From Thermoanaerobaculales bacterium (GTDB lineage Bacteria > Acidobacteriota > Thermoanaerobaculia > Thermoanaerobaculales > Sulfomarinibacteraceae), in contig JAZBOQ010000176.1 of NCBI GenBank assembly GCA_036351195.1, positions 514 through 64,513 of the forward strand: DNA of 64,000 nt, written 5' to 3'. Below the pieces are notes generated by a model that did not search any database, was not told the DNA's origin, and saw only the letters and a program-made list of their open reading frames with translations. Positions 54,480-63,521 of this stretch are shown piece after piece. Position 1 is the stretch's first letter; each line of letters opens with the position of its first letter. Made by a program: the position numbers and the translations under genes.

Positions 54480-55637
54480 TCACACAGATGGGTCGTCCCC
54501 CACGGCCTCGGCAGAACGATCCGGACCGGCTGGCGCACCCGGCTCTTCGTCGGCCTCGCCGCACGGCTCCCACTCGGGCATCTGCCACACCAGCTCACGG
54601 TACTGGCGACACCACGCCTGGAGGCCGTGCTCCTCGAGAAAGGTCCGGTCGATCCCGAGAAGCTCGTCGACCGGTGGCTCCAAGTAGATCAATGTCGGGT
54701 TGTGCTGCAGCTCGTTCCGATGGCGGACGAGAGTCGCCTTGAGCTTCCTCGACGCCCGTGCGATGGTCTCCTTCCAGAAGGGATCAGCCGCGCAGCCGCC
54801 AATCCTCTCGATGGTCTGAGCGTCGAAAAAGTGAATCTGGGGGGGTCGCAGGGACAGCGCCCACTTCAGAAATGGGGTCACCTCGTGGAGCCCCGTCGGC
54901 GTCACCAGGTATTTCGGCGCCACCTGAACGATCCCTCTGGCGACCAACGCCTCGGTGAAAGCCATGGCACGCTCCACGTGTAGACCCATGTTGCTCTCGT
55001 AGGTCTCGGGTTGGAAGCCGACGAACGAGACCGTCACCTTGGTAAAGAGCGCTTCGACCCGGTCGATCCAGGCGGTCGGAACGTTGCCGTTGGTGACGAG
55101 ATTGAGCTGCAGCGTGGGATATTTTTCTCTGAGCTCCTCGAGCCACCGCATGGTGTCCTTCTGAATGAGGACCTCGCCCCCCTGCACGAGCACGGTCTCG
55201 GGCTTTACGGAGTCGATGAAACGGGACAGCTCGTCGTATCGGTCCCACTCCTGGTTCCACGCAGGGGCGTCGACACAGCACACCGAGCACGTCGCTTGGC
55301 ACGACAGCGACGTCTCGATACTGAGCCCCCGCACGCGCTCGTCCTCGCGGGCGGCTCGCAGCCGGTAGCCGTGGCACGAGCAGGGCTCGGAGAACGCACG
55401 CATCTTGTCGGCGAAATCGGGGTCGCCGATGTTACCGATCCGGTGGTACTCGGCTCCTCCCGAGCGACAGCATGGGTAGACGTCCCCCGCTTGCGTGACG
55501 AAAGGCAGGTCGAAGTGACACGCGCGCTCCGGCAGGGAGAGATCCGGACCGCTCCGCTCGTACCGCCACCGCCGATACCGTGCGAGAACCCGAGGTCCGA
55601 GGATCGCCTTCGCGGCCTGTCGAATGTACTGCAGCAT
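54480..55637 (-). CDS. radical SAM enzyme with an N-terminal Cys-rich (SPASM/twitch-like) segment preceding the core
   Basis: CX3CX2C = C113-QAT-C117-SV-C120 (DNA about 55278-55313), followed by LVQGGE and NLVTNG strands. Upstream Cys residues 40, 56, 57, 86 and 88 lie in GDVYPCC....IGNIGD....C.C. Confidence 0.7.
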   Translation of the reverse strand: MLQYIRQAAKAILGPRVLARYRRWRYERSGPDLSLPERACHFDLPFVTQAGDVYPCCRSGGAEYHRIGNIGDPDFADKMRAFSEPCSCHGYRLRAAREDERVRGLSIETSLSCQATCSVCCVDAPAWNQEWDRYDELSRFIDSVKPETVLVQGGEVLIQKDTMRWLEELREKYPTLQLNLVTNGNVPTAWIDRVEALFTKVTVSFVGFQPETYESNMGLHVERAMAFTEALVARGIVQVAPKYLVTPTGLHEVTPFLKWALSLRPPQIHFFDAQTIERIGGCAADPFWKETIARASRKLKATLVRHRNELQHNPTLIYLEPPVDELLGIDRTFLEEHGLQAWCRQYRELVWQMPEWEPCGEADEEPGAPAGPDRSAEAVGDDPSV

Positions 55638-55836
55638 ATCTTGCCAATCCCGGGTCAGCGGCGCTGTGGCCGTCGATCATCGCGCAAATCCAACGGAGAG
55701 TATACCATCAAAATACCGCTAACGAGATCATAACTTGAATTATTCCAGCATTTTAGCACCTCACCCAACATTTCCGAGCCGGCCGTTCGACGTCGTCTCC
55801 CCGACGAGCCCGGGTGAGGGAGCTACAATCGTCGAA

Positions 55837-56892
55837 ATGGCGACGCCGAATGAACCTCAGCGAGACGAAACGGGGACCTCGGGAGCCGGTAGCCATCCTC
55901 GGTTTCCGGCGCCGCCTCCTGGGCGCACCGGCTGGCCCTGGACCGGCGACATGGACGACCGGCCTCTCGAGCCGCTTGCCCGCGACGGCCGTACCCCGAG
56001 GATCACGGTGATCACGCCGTCCTTCAACCAGGGTGCCTTCCTCGAGGAGTCCATCCGTTCGATCCTGCTCCAAGACCACCAGAACATCGAGTATTTCGTC
56101 ATCGATGGCGGCTCCTCCGACAGTTCGGTCGAGATCATCCGACGCTACGCTCCGTGGCTGGCCGGTTGGGTCAGCGAGCCTGACGACGGGCAGGCCGATG
56201 CCGTCAACAAGGGGTTCGACCTGGCAACGGGCGAGTACCTCTGCTGGCTCAACTCGGACGACGTGCTGTATCAGGGTTTCCTTGCGCGACGGGTCGAAGA
56301 GTTCTCGACCCGGCCCGACACCGCCCTGATCTATGGTGACGTTCACGCGGGTTGGGATCGGCGGCTATGCGGCGAGATCTGCGGTGAGCCGGTCTCGTAC
56401 CTCGATATGCTCAGGACTCTTCGAGTGTCGATCCCGCAGCAAAGCGCCGTTTGGAGAAGGTCCGTTGTGGACGAGGTGGGACCGCTCGATGCGCGGTGGA
56501 GGGTGGTGCTCGACCGGGACTTCTTTATCCGGGTCGCTCGCCGCCGAGGGCTCGAGTACATACCCGGCGCCGTCGGATTCTTTCGCCAGCACGAGACCGC
56601 CAAGTCCGTCGCCGAGATGTCGGCCTGGGTCGATGAGGTTCCCCAGCTCTACAGCGAGTTTTTTCGCCGCGACGACCTGACCGACGTCGAGCGGCGCCTC
56701 GAACGCGAAACCATGGCCAACGCCCATCTTCTCTGCGCCGACATCAGCCGCAACCTGCGGGATTGGCCCGGTTTCCTCGACCACCTGGGCTCGGCGCTGA
56801 AGTGGAAGCCCGTTCATGCAACGTCGGCGTTTCTCAGGGCCCGTCTCGCGGGCTTCGGCCGCCGACTCCGACACCGAGGCTCCTCGGCATGA
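55837..56892 (+). CDS. glycosyltransferase family 2
   Basis: ITVITPSFNQG.FLE.SI.S.L.Q.....EY.VIDGGS.D.S and NSDD. ATG start chosen within the TTG-initiated track ORF. Confidence 0.8.
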   Translation: MATPNEPQRDETGTSGAGSHPRFPAPPPGRTGWPWTGDMDDRPLEPLARDGRTPRITVITPSFNQGAFLEESIRSILLQDHQNIEYFVIDGGSSDSSVEIIRRYAPWLAGWVSEPDDGQADAVNKGFDLATGEYLCWLNSDDVLYQGFLARRVEEFSTRPDTALIYGDVHAGWDRRLCGEICGEPVSYLDMLRTLRVSIPQQSAVWRRSVVDEVGPLDARWRVVLDRDFFIRVARRRGLEYIPGAVGFFRQHETAKSVAEMSAWVDEVPQLYSEFFRRDDLTDVERRLERETMANAHLLCADISRNLRDWPGFLDHLGSALKWKPVHATSAFLRARLAGFGRRLRHRGSSA

Positions 56893-56902
56893 CCCTTTCC
56901 CG

Positions 56903-58168
56903 ATGACAGCGCTGCCTCCCATCCTGCATTTCAACACCCACGCCGCGGGGGGTGCGGCGATCGCCGCTCGGAAGATCCACGACTCCCTGGTCGCCCATGG
57001 CCTCGACAGCAGGTACCACTTCGTCGACGGCCACACAGATGAACCGACCTACACCAAGCTCGGTCTTCACTGGCGATACGGCCTCGTGGGAAGGCTCGTC
57101 AACAGCGTCGTCCAACGAGCTCGAACCAGGATGGGGGTCGACCCCACAGGAAAGCGCGAACCGTTCGGCTGGTCGACCATGCCCGGGCGTCTCGTGGCCC
57201 TGCCGCCCATCGACCCGAAAGCGATCATTCACCTGCACTGGGTTGTCGGGCTGGTCGACTACCGGCGGTTCTTTGCAGCGCTCCCGGCATCAGCTCCCAT
57301 CGTCTGGACCCTCCACGACATGAATCCCATGACCGGGGGATGCCACTACGCCTGGAACTGCACGGGGTTCACCGGAAGGTGCACTGACTGCCCGCAGCTG
57401 CGGTGGCCGGCACGATCGTCAGTCGCCAGGAATGCTCAGGGTCTTCGCGCACATGCCCTCGCTCACAGAAACCTACACGTTGTCGCCAACAGCAACTGGA
57501 ACGAGCGACAGGCGAGGCAGAGTCGAGTCTTCGACGCGGCGCGCTCGTTCCGAACGATCTGCCTCGCGGTGGACGTTCAGGTCTTCCGCCCCGGGGACCG
57601 CGCAGCGGCGAAGCGCGCACTGGGGCTTTCGGAGTCGAAGTCAGCCGTTGGTTTCGGCGCGTCGCGGCTCGACGCCCCCCGCAAGGGCTTTGCCGATCTT
57701 TGCGCCGCCCTCTCGCTGCTGAGAAACACCGAGGAGCTGGAACTCGTGACCTTCGGCGACCATGGGCGGGCCGAGGCTCCCGATGGAATCGAGTGGCGCG
57801 ACATGGGTTCCGTCTCTTGCAGCCGTCGCCTGGCGACGATCTACAACGCCATCGACGTCTTCGTGATGCCGTCACAGCAGGAAGCGGTCGGCCAAACCGC
57901 CCTTGAGGCTCTCGCGTGTGGGACGCCGGTCGTGGCCTTCGATGTCGGAGGAGTGCCCGAGTTTGTTCTCCCGGACAACACCGGGCGACTCGTCGAACAG
58001 GGAAACACCGAGGATCTTGCCGGTACGATTGCAGCTGTGCTTTGGGATTCTTCTCTACGTCGTAGACTCGGTGAGAACGGCCGCAAACTGATTGAGGCCA
58101 AATACTCTCCGGACCGCCAACGGAATCAGTACGCAGCCCTGTATCAGCACCTTGCGGCAAGCCTCTGA
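56903..58168 (+). CDS. glycosyltransferase family 4 (GT-B)
   Basis: ILHFNTH.AGGAAIAA at the N-terminus and PS..EA.GQT.LEALACGTPVVAFDVGG.PE.V at the C-terminus. Confidence 0.8.
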   Translation: MTALPPILHFNTHAAGGAAIAARKIHDSLVAHGLDSRYHFVDGHTDEPTYTKLGLHWRYGLVGRLVNSVVQRARTRMGVDPTGKREPFGWSTMPGRLVALPPIDPKAIIHLHWVVGLVDYRRFFAALPASAPIVWTLHDMNPMTGGCHYAWNCTGFTGRCTDCPQLRWPARSSVARNAQGLRAHALAHRNLHVVANSNWNERQARQSRVFDAARSFRTICLAVDVQVFRPGDRAAAKRALGLSESKSAVGFGASRLDAPRKGFADLCAALSLLRNTEELELVTFGDHGRAEAPDGIEWRDMGSVSCSRRLATIYNAIDVFVMPSQQEAVGQTALEALACGTPVVAFDVGGVPEFVLPDNTGRLVEQGNTEDLAGTIAAVLWDSSLRRRLGENGRKLIEAKYSPDRQRNQYAALYQHLAASL

Positions 58169-58443
58169 CTGCCGAACGACTCGAAGCGCATCGTGAATTA
58201 GCGCGATGGTCAGGGACGAGGTCTTCATTGTTCAGATCTAACGGACAACTCGATAATGTTGATATGACGGACTTGATGAACACCCAATCGCCACGAGGCC
58301 TATGGTAACTCCAGTCCGCTTTGCCGAGATCACGACCCTGGCGGGTTTCGAAGAGGTGCGCCCCAACAACGAGTTCGCTCCATGAACCCTAGAACACACA
58401 AGGGCGGAAGTGATCGACACAGGTGCTATTCTAAACTCAAACG

Positions 58444-59388
58444 ATGTCTGCAGACTTTCGATCCTCGACCTCCATCAAAAACCCTCATTTCTTGGATACG
58501 CCCGTTCTTTTTCTCACATTCAACCGCCCGAGCCTTGCAAAGACCGTCTTCCCTGAAATTCAGCGGGCACAACCCGAACGTCTCTTCATTGCTTCGGATG
58601 GGCCGCGCCAGGGCGTCGAGGGTGAGAGAGAATTGGTCGAGCAGACACGCGAGTCAATTTTGGCAGCGATCGATTGGAAATGTGATATCCAGACTCTCTT
58701 CCGGACCGAAAACCTCGGATGCCGACGGGCGGTGACCGAAGCGATTACATGGTTTTTTTCGTCTGTGGATTCAGGAATCATCCTTGAGGACGATTGCCTG
58801 CCTCATCCGACATTCTTTGGTTTCTGCCGAGAACTCCTCGATCGGTACCACGATGACTCACGCGTCATGATGATTTCGGGCGACAATTTCCAGGGCGGCA
58901 GGTGGCGCGGAGACTCGAGCTACTACTTCTCACGTTACGCACATATCTGGGGTTGGGCGACGTGGCGTCGGGCATGGCAACTCCTTGACGCCAATCTCGG
59001 TACCCTTGGGGCCTTCGAAGAGCAAGGTCAGTGGAAAAACCTGTTCGACGACAACGAGTCAGCTCATTGGAGGCACGTTCTGAGCATGGTCCAGAGCGGA
59101 GAGATCGACACCTGGGACTACATTTGGTTGTACAGCGTTCTTTCGAATGGCGGGCTGTGCGCAATGCCGAACGTCAATCTAGTGACAAACATCGGTTTTG
59201 GCGACGCGGCAACGCACACAAAAGGGATGTCACCTCTCGCCAACATTCCTCGGGCCGGGCTGGGTGAGATCAAACATCCAAAATTTGTGCTTCCAAACCG
59301 CGCTGCAGACGCTCACACTTTCGCCCACCAGTGGTCGGGAATTTCTGAGAAGGGACTCGTCGCGCGGCTCCTCGAGAGACTCAGATGA
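58444..59388 (+). CDS. GT-A fold nucleotide-diphospho-sugar transferase (HlpA-like family)
   Basis: PVLFLTFNRP.......F..I....P.RLFIA.DGPR, NLGC and GIILEDDC.P...FF.FC.ELL..Y..D..VMMISG.N. Confidence 0.7.
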   Translation: MSADFRSSTSIKNPHFLDTPVLFLTFNRPSLAKTVFPEIQRAQPERLFIASDGPRQGVEGERELVEQTRESILAAIDWKCDIQTLFRTENLGCRRAVTEAITWFFSSVDSGIILEDDCLPHPTFFGFCRELLDRYHDDSRVMMISGDNFQGGRWRGDSSYYFSRYAHIWGWATWRRAWQLLDANLGTLGAFEEQGQWKNLFDDNESAHWRHVLSMVQSGEIDTWDYIWLYSVLSNGGLCAMPNVNLVTNIGFGDAATHTKGMSPLANIPRAGLGEIKHPKFVLPNRAADAHTFAHQWSGISEKGLVARLLERLR

Positions 59389-60188
59389 ACTGCGCCATCT
59401 GCGACGCCGAGTCAAGCCCGGTATTCACGAAGACCGTGCTATTCGCATACCGGGTTCAGTACTTTCGATGCGGCCGCTGCGGTTTCGTTCAGACCGAATC
59501 GCCCCACTGGCTGGATGAGGCCTACTCCTCACCAATCGCGAGCCTCGACGTCGGTCTGGTCCATCGCAATATCACCACCGCCGAAAAATTTGCCTTCATC
59601 ATTGACTCCACCTTCGACCACGGCGGCCGCTTTCTTGACTATGCTGGAGGGTACGGTCTCTTCGTACGGATCATGCGAGACCGTGGTTTTGACTTCTTCT
59701 GGACCGACCGCTACTGCCCAAACATCTTCGCCCAACACTTCTCGATCGACGACCTGGATGCGAACAAGGCCACCTTCAACCTCGTAACGGCTATCGAGGT
59801 GATGGAGCACTTGATTGACCCATACCGCGAACTCGACGAGATGCTCGGTCACTCGCGTTCAGTTCTGTTCACGACCGAACTCGCTCCTGATCACGATCTC
59901 GAGAACTGGTGGTATCTCGTTCCGGAAACCGGGCAACACGTCAGTTTTTACACGCTTGAATCCCTGAGGATCATGGCCGACCGCCTTCATCTCCAGTTCT
60001 ATTCCGACGGCCACGGTCTTCATCTTTTCACCGACCGCACCTTGTCGGTTTTTCCCCCCGAGGGGCGTCGCGTCCCGTGGTGGCGGCGTTGGGCGAGGAA
60101 CAGGAAAGGGGCGTTGAAGCCATCGACGCGACTTCTTCTCGATTTCGAACACGTGAGAAAGATCGTGGCGGAAAGAAAACAATGGTGA
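59385..60188 (+). CDS. SAM-dependent methyltransferase with N-terminal CxxC...CxxC zinc ribbon
   Basis: CAIC....(n)..CGRCG, then FLDYAGGYG (motif I-like) and VTAIEVMEHL. ATGA-type overlap with the upstream gene. Confidence 0.7.
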   Translation: MNCAICDAESSPVFTKTVLFAYRVQYFRCGRCGFVQTESPHWLDEAYSSPIASLDVGLVHRNITTAEKFAFIIDSTFDHGGRFLDYAGGYGLFVRIMRDRGFDFFWTDRYCPNIFAQHFSIDDLDANKATFNLVTAIEVMEHLIDPYRELDEMLGHSRSVLFTTELAPDHDLENWWYLVPETGQHVSFYTLESLRIMADRLHLQFYSDGHGLHLFTDRTLSVFPPEGRRVPWWRRWARNRKGALKPSTRLLLDFEHVRKIVAERKQW

Positions 60189-61336
60189 AAGTTCTCTACG
60201 ACCACCAGATCTTCCAGACTCAGGAGGTCGGTGGGATTTCCAGATACTTCAGCGAACTTCTGACACGGGCCGATGCCTCCACGGCAGAGTTGTCCCTCAA
60301 ATTCTCCTGCAATCGTCATCTCCCTTACGATGACCCCCGGTTCAGGAACATCGAACCTCCGACGATGGCGGTCGATCGGTTCCTCGGAGGAGTCAGTTTT
60401 CGCGGCAAGGGCCGACTCTACGACGGCCTGCGCCGGCTCCAACCGACCTTCGACTCAGCCGACGCAAATCGCGTCTATTCCTTGAGGCAACTCACCAAGG
60501 GTAACTTCGACGTTTTTCATCCGACATACTACGATCCCTACTTTCTGACCGATCTGGGTGACCGCCCGTTTGTCGTGACTGTCTTCGACATGATCCACGA
60601 GGTTTTCCCGGAGTTCTTTTTTCCGTTTGATCCGGCTTCGCAGAACAAACGGCTCTTGTGCGAGAGAGCGTCCAGAATCATCACGATTTCACACACAACG
60701 AAAGCGGACCTAGTTCGAATCTTCGGTGTTGAAGAAGATCGGATCACCGTTGTTCACCTGGCGAGTTCGCTCCGATCTCCACTGGGCGACCGGGGTCCAT
60801 GGAGCGCGGCGCCGGATCGTTACATCCTCTTCACAGGTAATCGGACTCTGTACAAGAACTTTCTCTTTTTTCTGCGGGCCATCGCTGGCGTTCTGATCGA
60901 AAAACCAGATCTCCATTTGGTCTGCACCGGCCCGCCTTTCACCGCTGATGAGCTTGACTACTTCGTGGCGCTCGGTCTTGGCGACCGTGTAGTCCACATT
61001 CGGGCTAATGATGAGCACCTCAGCGGGCTCTATCAGCGCGCGGAGGTCTTCGTGTTCCCATCCATGTATGAAGGCTTCGGTCTGCCGTTGTTGGAAGCAT
61101 TCGCTTGCCGATGTCCCGCTGCGGTGAGCGATATCGCAGTTTTTCGGGAAGTCGCCGGCGAAGCTGCCTCCTACTTTCATCCCAAGGACGCAAATTCCAT
61201 CGCGGATTCGATCCGGTCTATCCTGGCGGATCAAAACCTCAGTGATGAGCTGCGAGAGAAAGGGCTCGAAAGAAATCGTCAGTTCTCTTGGCAACAAACG
61301 TTTGAGTCGACCCGGATGATCTACGAAGAGTTCTGA
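60182..61336 (+). CDS. glycosyltransferase family 4 (GT-B)
   Basis: MVKVLYDHQIF..Q..GGISRYF at the N-terminus and FPS.YEGFGLP.LEA.A...P...S at the C-terminus. The ATG overlaps the upstream stop (ATGGTGA). Confidence 0.8.
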   Translation: MVKVLYDHQIFQTQEVGGISRYFSELLTRADASTAELSLKFSCNRHLPYDDPRFRNIEPPTMAVDRFLGGVSFRGKGRLYDGLRRLQPTFDSADANRVYSLRQLTKGNFDVFHPTYYDPYFLTDLGDRPFVVTVFDMIHEVFPEFFFPFDPASQNKRLLCERASRIITISHTTKADLVRIFGVEEDRITVVHLASSLRSPLGDRGPWSAAPDRYILFTGNRTLYKNFLFFLRAIAGVLIEKPDLHLVCTGPPFTADELDYFVALGLGDRVVHIRANDEHLSGLYQRAEVFVFPSMYEGFGLPLLEAFACRCPAAVSDIAVFREVAGEAASYFHPKDANSIADSIRSILADQNLSDELREKGLERNRQFSWQQTFESTRMIYEEF

Positions 61337-62238
61337 CCAGCCTCGTCAGGTTCGATTCCAGTACCAACACCTACGACCGAGGGTGCGACGGCCAATAGAT
61401 TCTGGTATTGGAAAATTTCGTTGACCGACCGATATTCACCAAGCGGAACCAACCGATCTACCGCTATCCTGAAGAAAGAATAACCAGGAAGAATGCCGTA
61501 GAAATCGCGAAGAAACACCCGAGAAACAACATTCATCTCGTTAAATTCAAACTGGATGATCGGCAGTCCGTCGTTGGTGATGAGATACTTTGCGCCCTCG
61601 AGAACCGACAATTCTCCTCCTTCGACATCGATCTTCAGGAAGTCGACTCTGCTGATTCCCCGCTCCTTGCAGAAGCCATCGAGCGTGGTGATCTCCACAT
61701 TCTGGGCGCAAACATCCGAATGCTGGTGGAGACTGTCGAAAACCTCACGATACAAGGAGCTATGCTCGGATGAACGATCGTTCGCGTACGAAAAGATCTC
61801 AAGGAGGGCAGGTTTGCTTCCCAGTCCTTTATTGATGGCCAGAACATCCGGCCCGGCCGGTTCGAGAGTTCTCTGAAGCAAGCAGAAGGTCTGCGGATTC
61901 GGCTCGAAGGCGAACACCTTCGAATTCTCGAACCGCGCTTTCACCGCGACTGAAAACGCCCCTCGGTGGGCGCCCGCGTCGACGATGATCGCGGGCCGGG
62001 CCGCACAATCGAAGTGACGGTCGAGAACCGGCGCGAGGAGATCGACCTGCACCGCCATGCTCTCATCGTCAAGACACCTCAGGCCCAAGCTTCGATGCGC
62101 CACCTCGAGGCAATCAAGGTCCAGAAGATGGGCCATTCTTACCAGTACCCACTCGCGCTTGGTTCTCGGGATTACAGCTCTGACCCCCCAGCCCAGAAGG
62201 CGTCCGATCCAACCTCGAATCCTGCGCATCCAAATCAT
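61321..62238 (-). CDS. FkbM family methyltransferase
   Basis: VDAGAH.G.FS, FAFEPNP.TF..L and DFLKIDVEGGEL.VL.GA are the FkbM-family signatures. Confidence 0.85.
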   Translation of the reverse strand: MIWMRRIRGWIGRLLGWGVRAVIPRTKREWVLVRMAHLLDLDCLEVAHRSLGLRCLDDESMAVQVDLLAPVLDRHFDCAARPAIIVDAGAHRGAFSVAVKARFENSKVFAFEPNPQTFCLLQRTLEPAGPDVLAINKGLGSKPALLEIFSYANDRSSEHSSLYREVFDSLHQHSDVCAQNVEITTLDGFCKERGISRVDFLKIDVEGGELSVLEGAKYLITNDGLPIIQFEFNEMNVVSRVFLRDFYGILPGYSFFRIAVDRLVPLGEYRSVNEIFQYQNLLAVAPSVVGVGTGIEPDEAGQNSS

Positions 62239-63521
62239 GGAAGATCCAGAAAATGACCATCCAAGAGCAAAGGTGCGTGGCCATCGAATCCCGAATGGCC
62301 TGTGCCGAAGAAGTCACCCCGTTCAACCTCGAGGAGGCCAACACCATCGGTGGGCCAGTCAGCCTCTTCGGTACCGATGAGAAGGCGCCCTCCCACAACA
62401 TACCGACCGGCTGCGAGCGGGAGGTTCTCGATGACACAACGGAATTCGCCGGTGGTCGAGTCCACCGAGTAGGTCTTTCCCGTGTACGAGCTGCAAAGCA
62501 CCGTCAGGGGGTGGCCGTGTTCGGTGTAAAACGCGATTCCGAGATCGACGTTGTTCACTTTCGCCGACCCGTTCTTTCGATAGCCGAAAACCAAAACGAC
62601 GTCCTCTCCTGAGCGGACCAACGGCACCGCCGTTCCTTGGATGGTCTCGACACCGAAGGACGTGAACACCAACCTACCCGAACCCGACCGACGAGCAGTC
62701 TCGTCGATTCCAGTCTTCAGCTGCTGTTCTTGACTCCTGACATATGCTGAAATCACCTCCGTTGGACTTCCATCACATACGATTTGTCCGCCGTTGATGA
62801 GTACGCATCGTGTGCAGAGATTCTCTACAGCCGCCATATTGTGGCTTACGAACAGGACGGTGCGGCCACCCCTGGCCGCTTCGCCGACCTTCCCGAGACA
62901 GCGGCGCTGGAAGGCAAGGTCCCCGACCGCGAGCACTTCGTCAATGAGGAGTATTTCGGGTTCGAGGTGAGCCGCAACCGCAAATGCCAGTCTTACATAC
63001 ATTCCGGACGAGTATCGTTTGACCGGAGTGTCGAGGAACTGTCCGATCTCGGCAAACGAGACGATCTCATCAAACTTCCTCAGGATCTCTGACCGGCGCA
63101 TGCCGAGGATCGCCCCGTTGAGCAGGATGTTCTCGCGCCCCGTGAGTTCGGGGTGGAAACCAGTCCCTACCTCGAGCAGAGAGCCTACTCGCCCGCGCAG
63201 TTCCACACGCCCCGCCGACGGTTCCGTGATGCGTGAGAGTATCTTGAGCAACGTTGTCTTCCCGGCACCGTTTCTCCCTATGACTCCCAGCACCTCTCCT
63301 TGGCATACTTCGAGATTGATATCATTGAGAGCCCAAATCGTCCGCGGCTGCCGGGATGAGGCCCGCGCTTTCCGCAGGCGACCCAGGGCTCTGATGGGCG
63401 CGGCTGCAAGATCAGCGATGGTATCGCGGAGTGTTCCGTAAGCGGCCGTGGACCTCCCAATCTGGTAGCGCTTGCCCAGGCCTTCGGCGCGGATGACAAC
63501 TTCCTCCCGAGCTGATCCCAT
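62235..63521 (-). CDS. wzt: polysaccharide ABC exporter ATP-binding protein with C-terminal glycan-binding (Wzt_C-like) domain
   Basis: Walker A GRNGAGKTTLLK, signature YSSGM, Walker B LLIDEVL and the TagH/Wzt-type LEVGTGFHPELTGRENI. It is followed by a beta-rich extension of about 170 aa (GE.V.....Y.......V.LGI.....G.......S........G.F.C.I..LPL..G.Y). Confidence 0.85.
   Translation of the reverse strand: MGSAREEVVIRAEGLGKRYQIGRSTAAYGTLRDTIADLAAAPIRALGRLRKARASSRQPRTIWALNDINLEVCQGEVLGVIGRNGAGKTTLLKILSRITEPSAGRVELRGRVGSLLEVGTGFHPELTGRENILLNGAILGMRRSEILRKFDEIVSFAEIGQFLDTPVKRYSSGMYVRLAFAVAAHLEPEILLIDEVLAVGDLAFQRRCLGKVGEAARGGRTVLFVSHNMAAVENLCTRCVLINGGQIVCDGSPTEVISAYVRSQEQQLKTGIDETARRSGSGRLVFTSFGVETIQGTAVPLVRSGEDVVLVFGYRKNGSAKVNNVDLGIAFYTEHGHPLTVLCSSYTGKTYSVDSTTGEFRCVIENLPLAAGRYVVGGRLLIGTEEADWPTDGVGLLEVERGDFFGTGHSGFDGHAPLLLDGHFLDLP

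Noticed and set aside
61349-61359. GGTTCGATTCC, a T-arm-like string
   Set aside because: The flanking bases do not pair into a T-stem or acceptor stem. It also lies inside the overlapping 3' ends of two well-supported CDSs.
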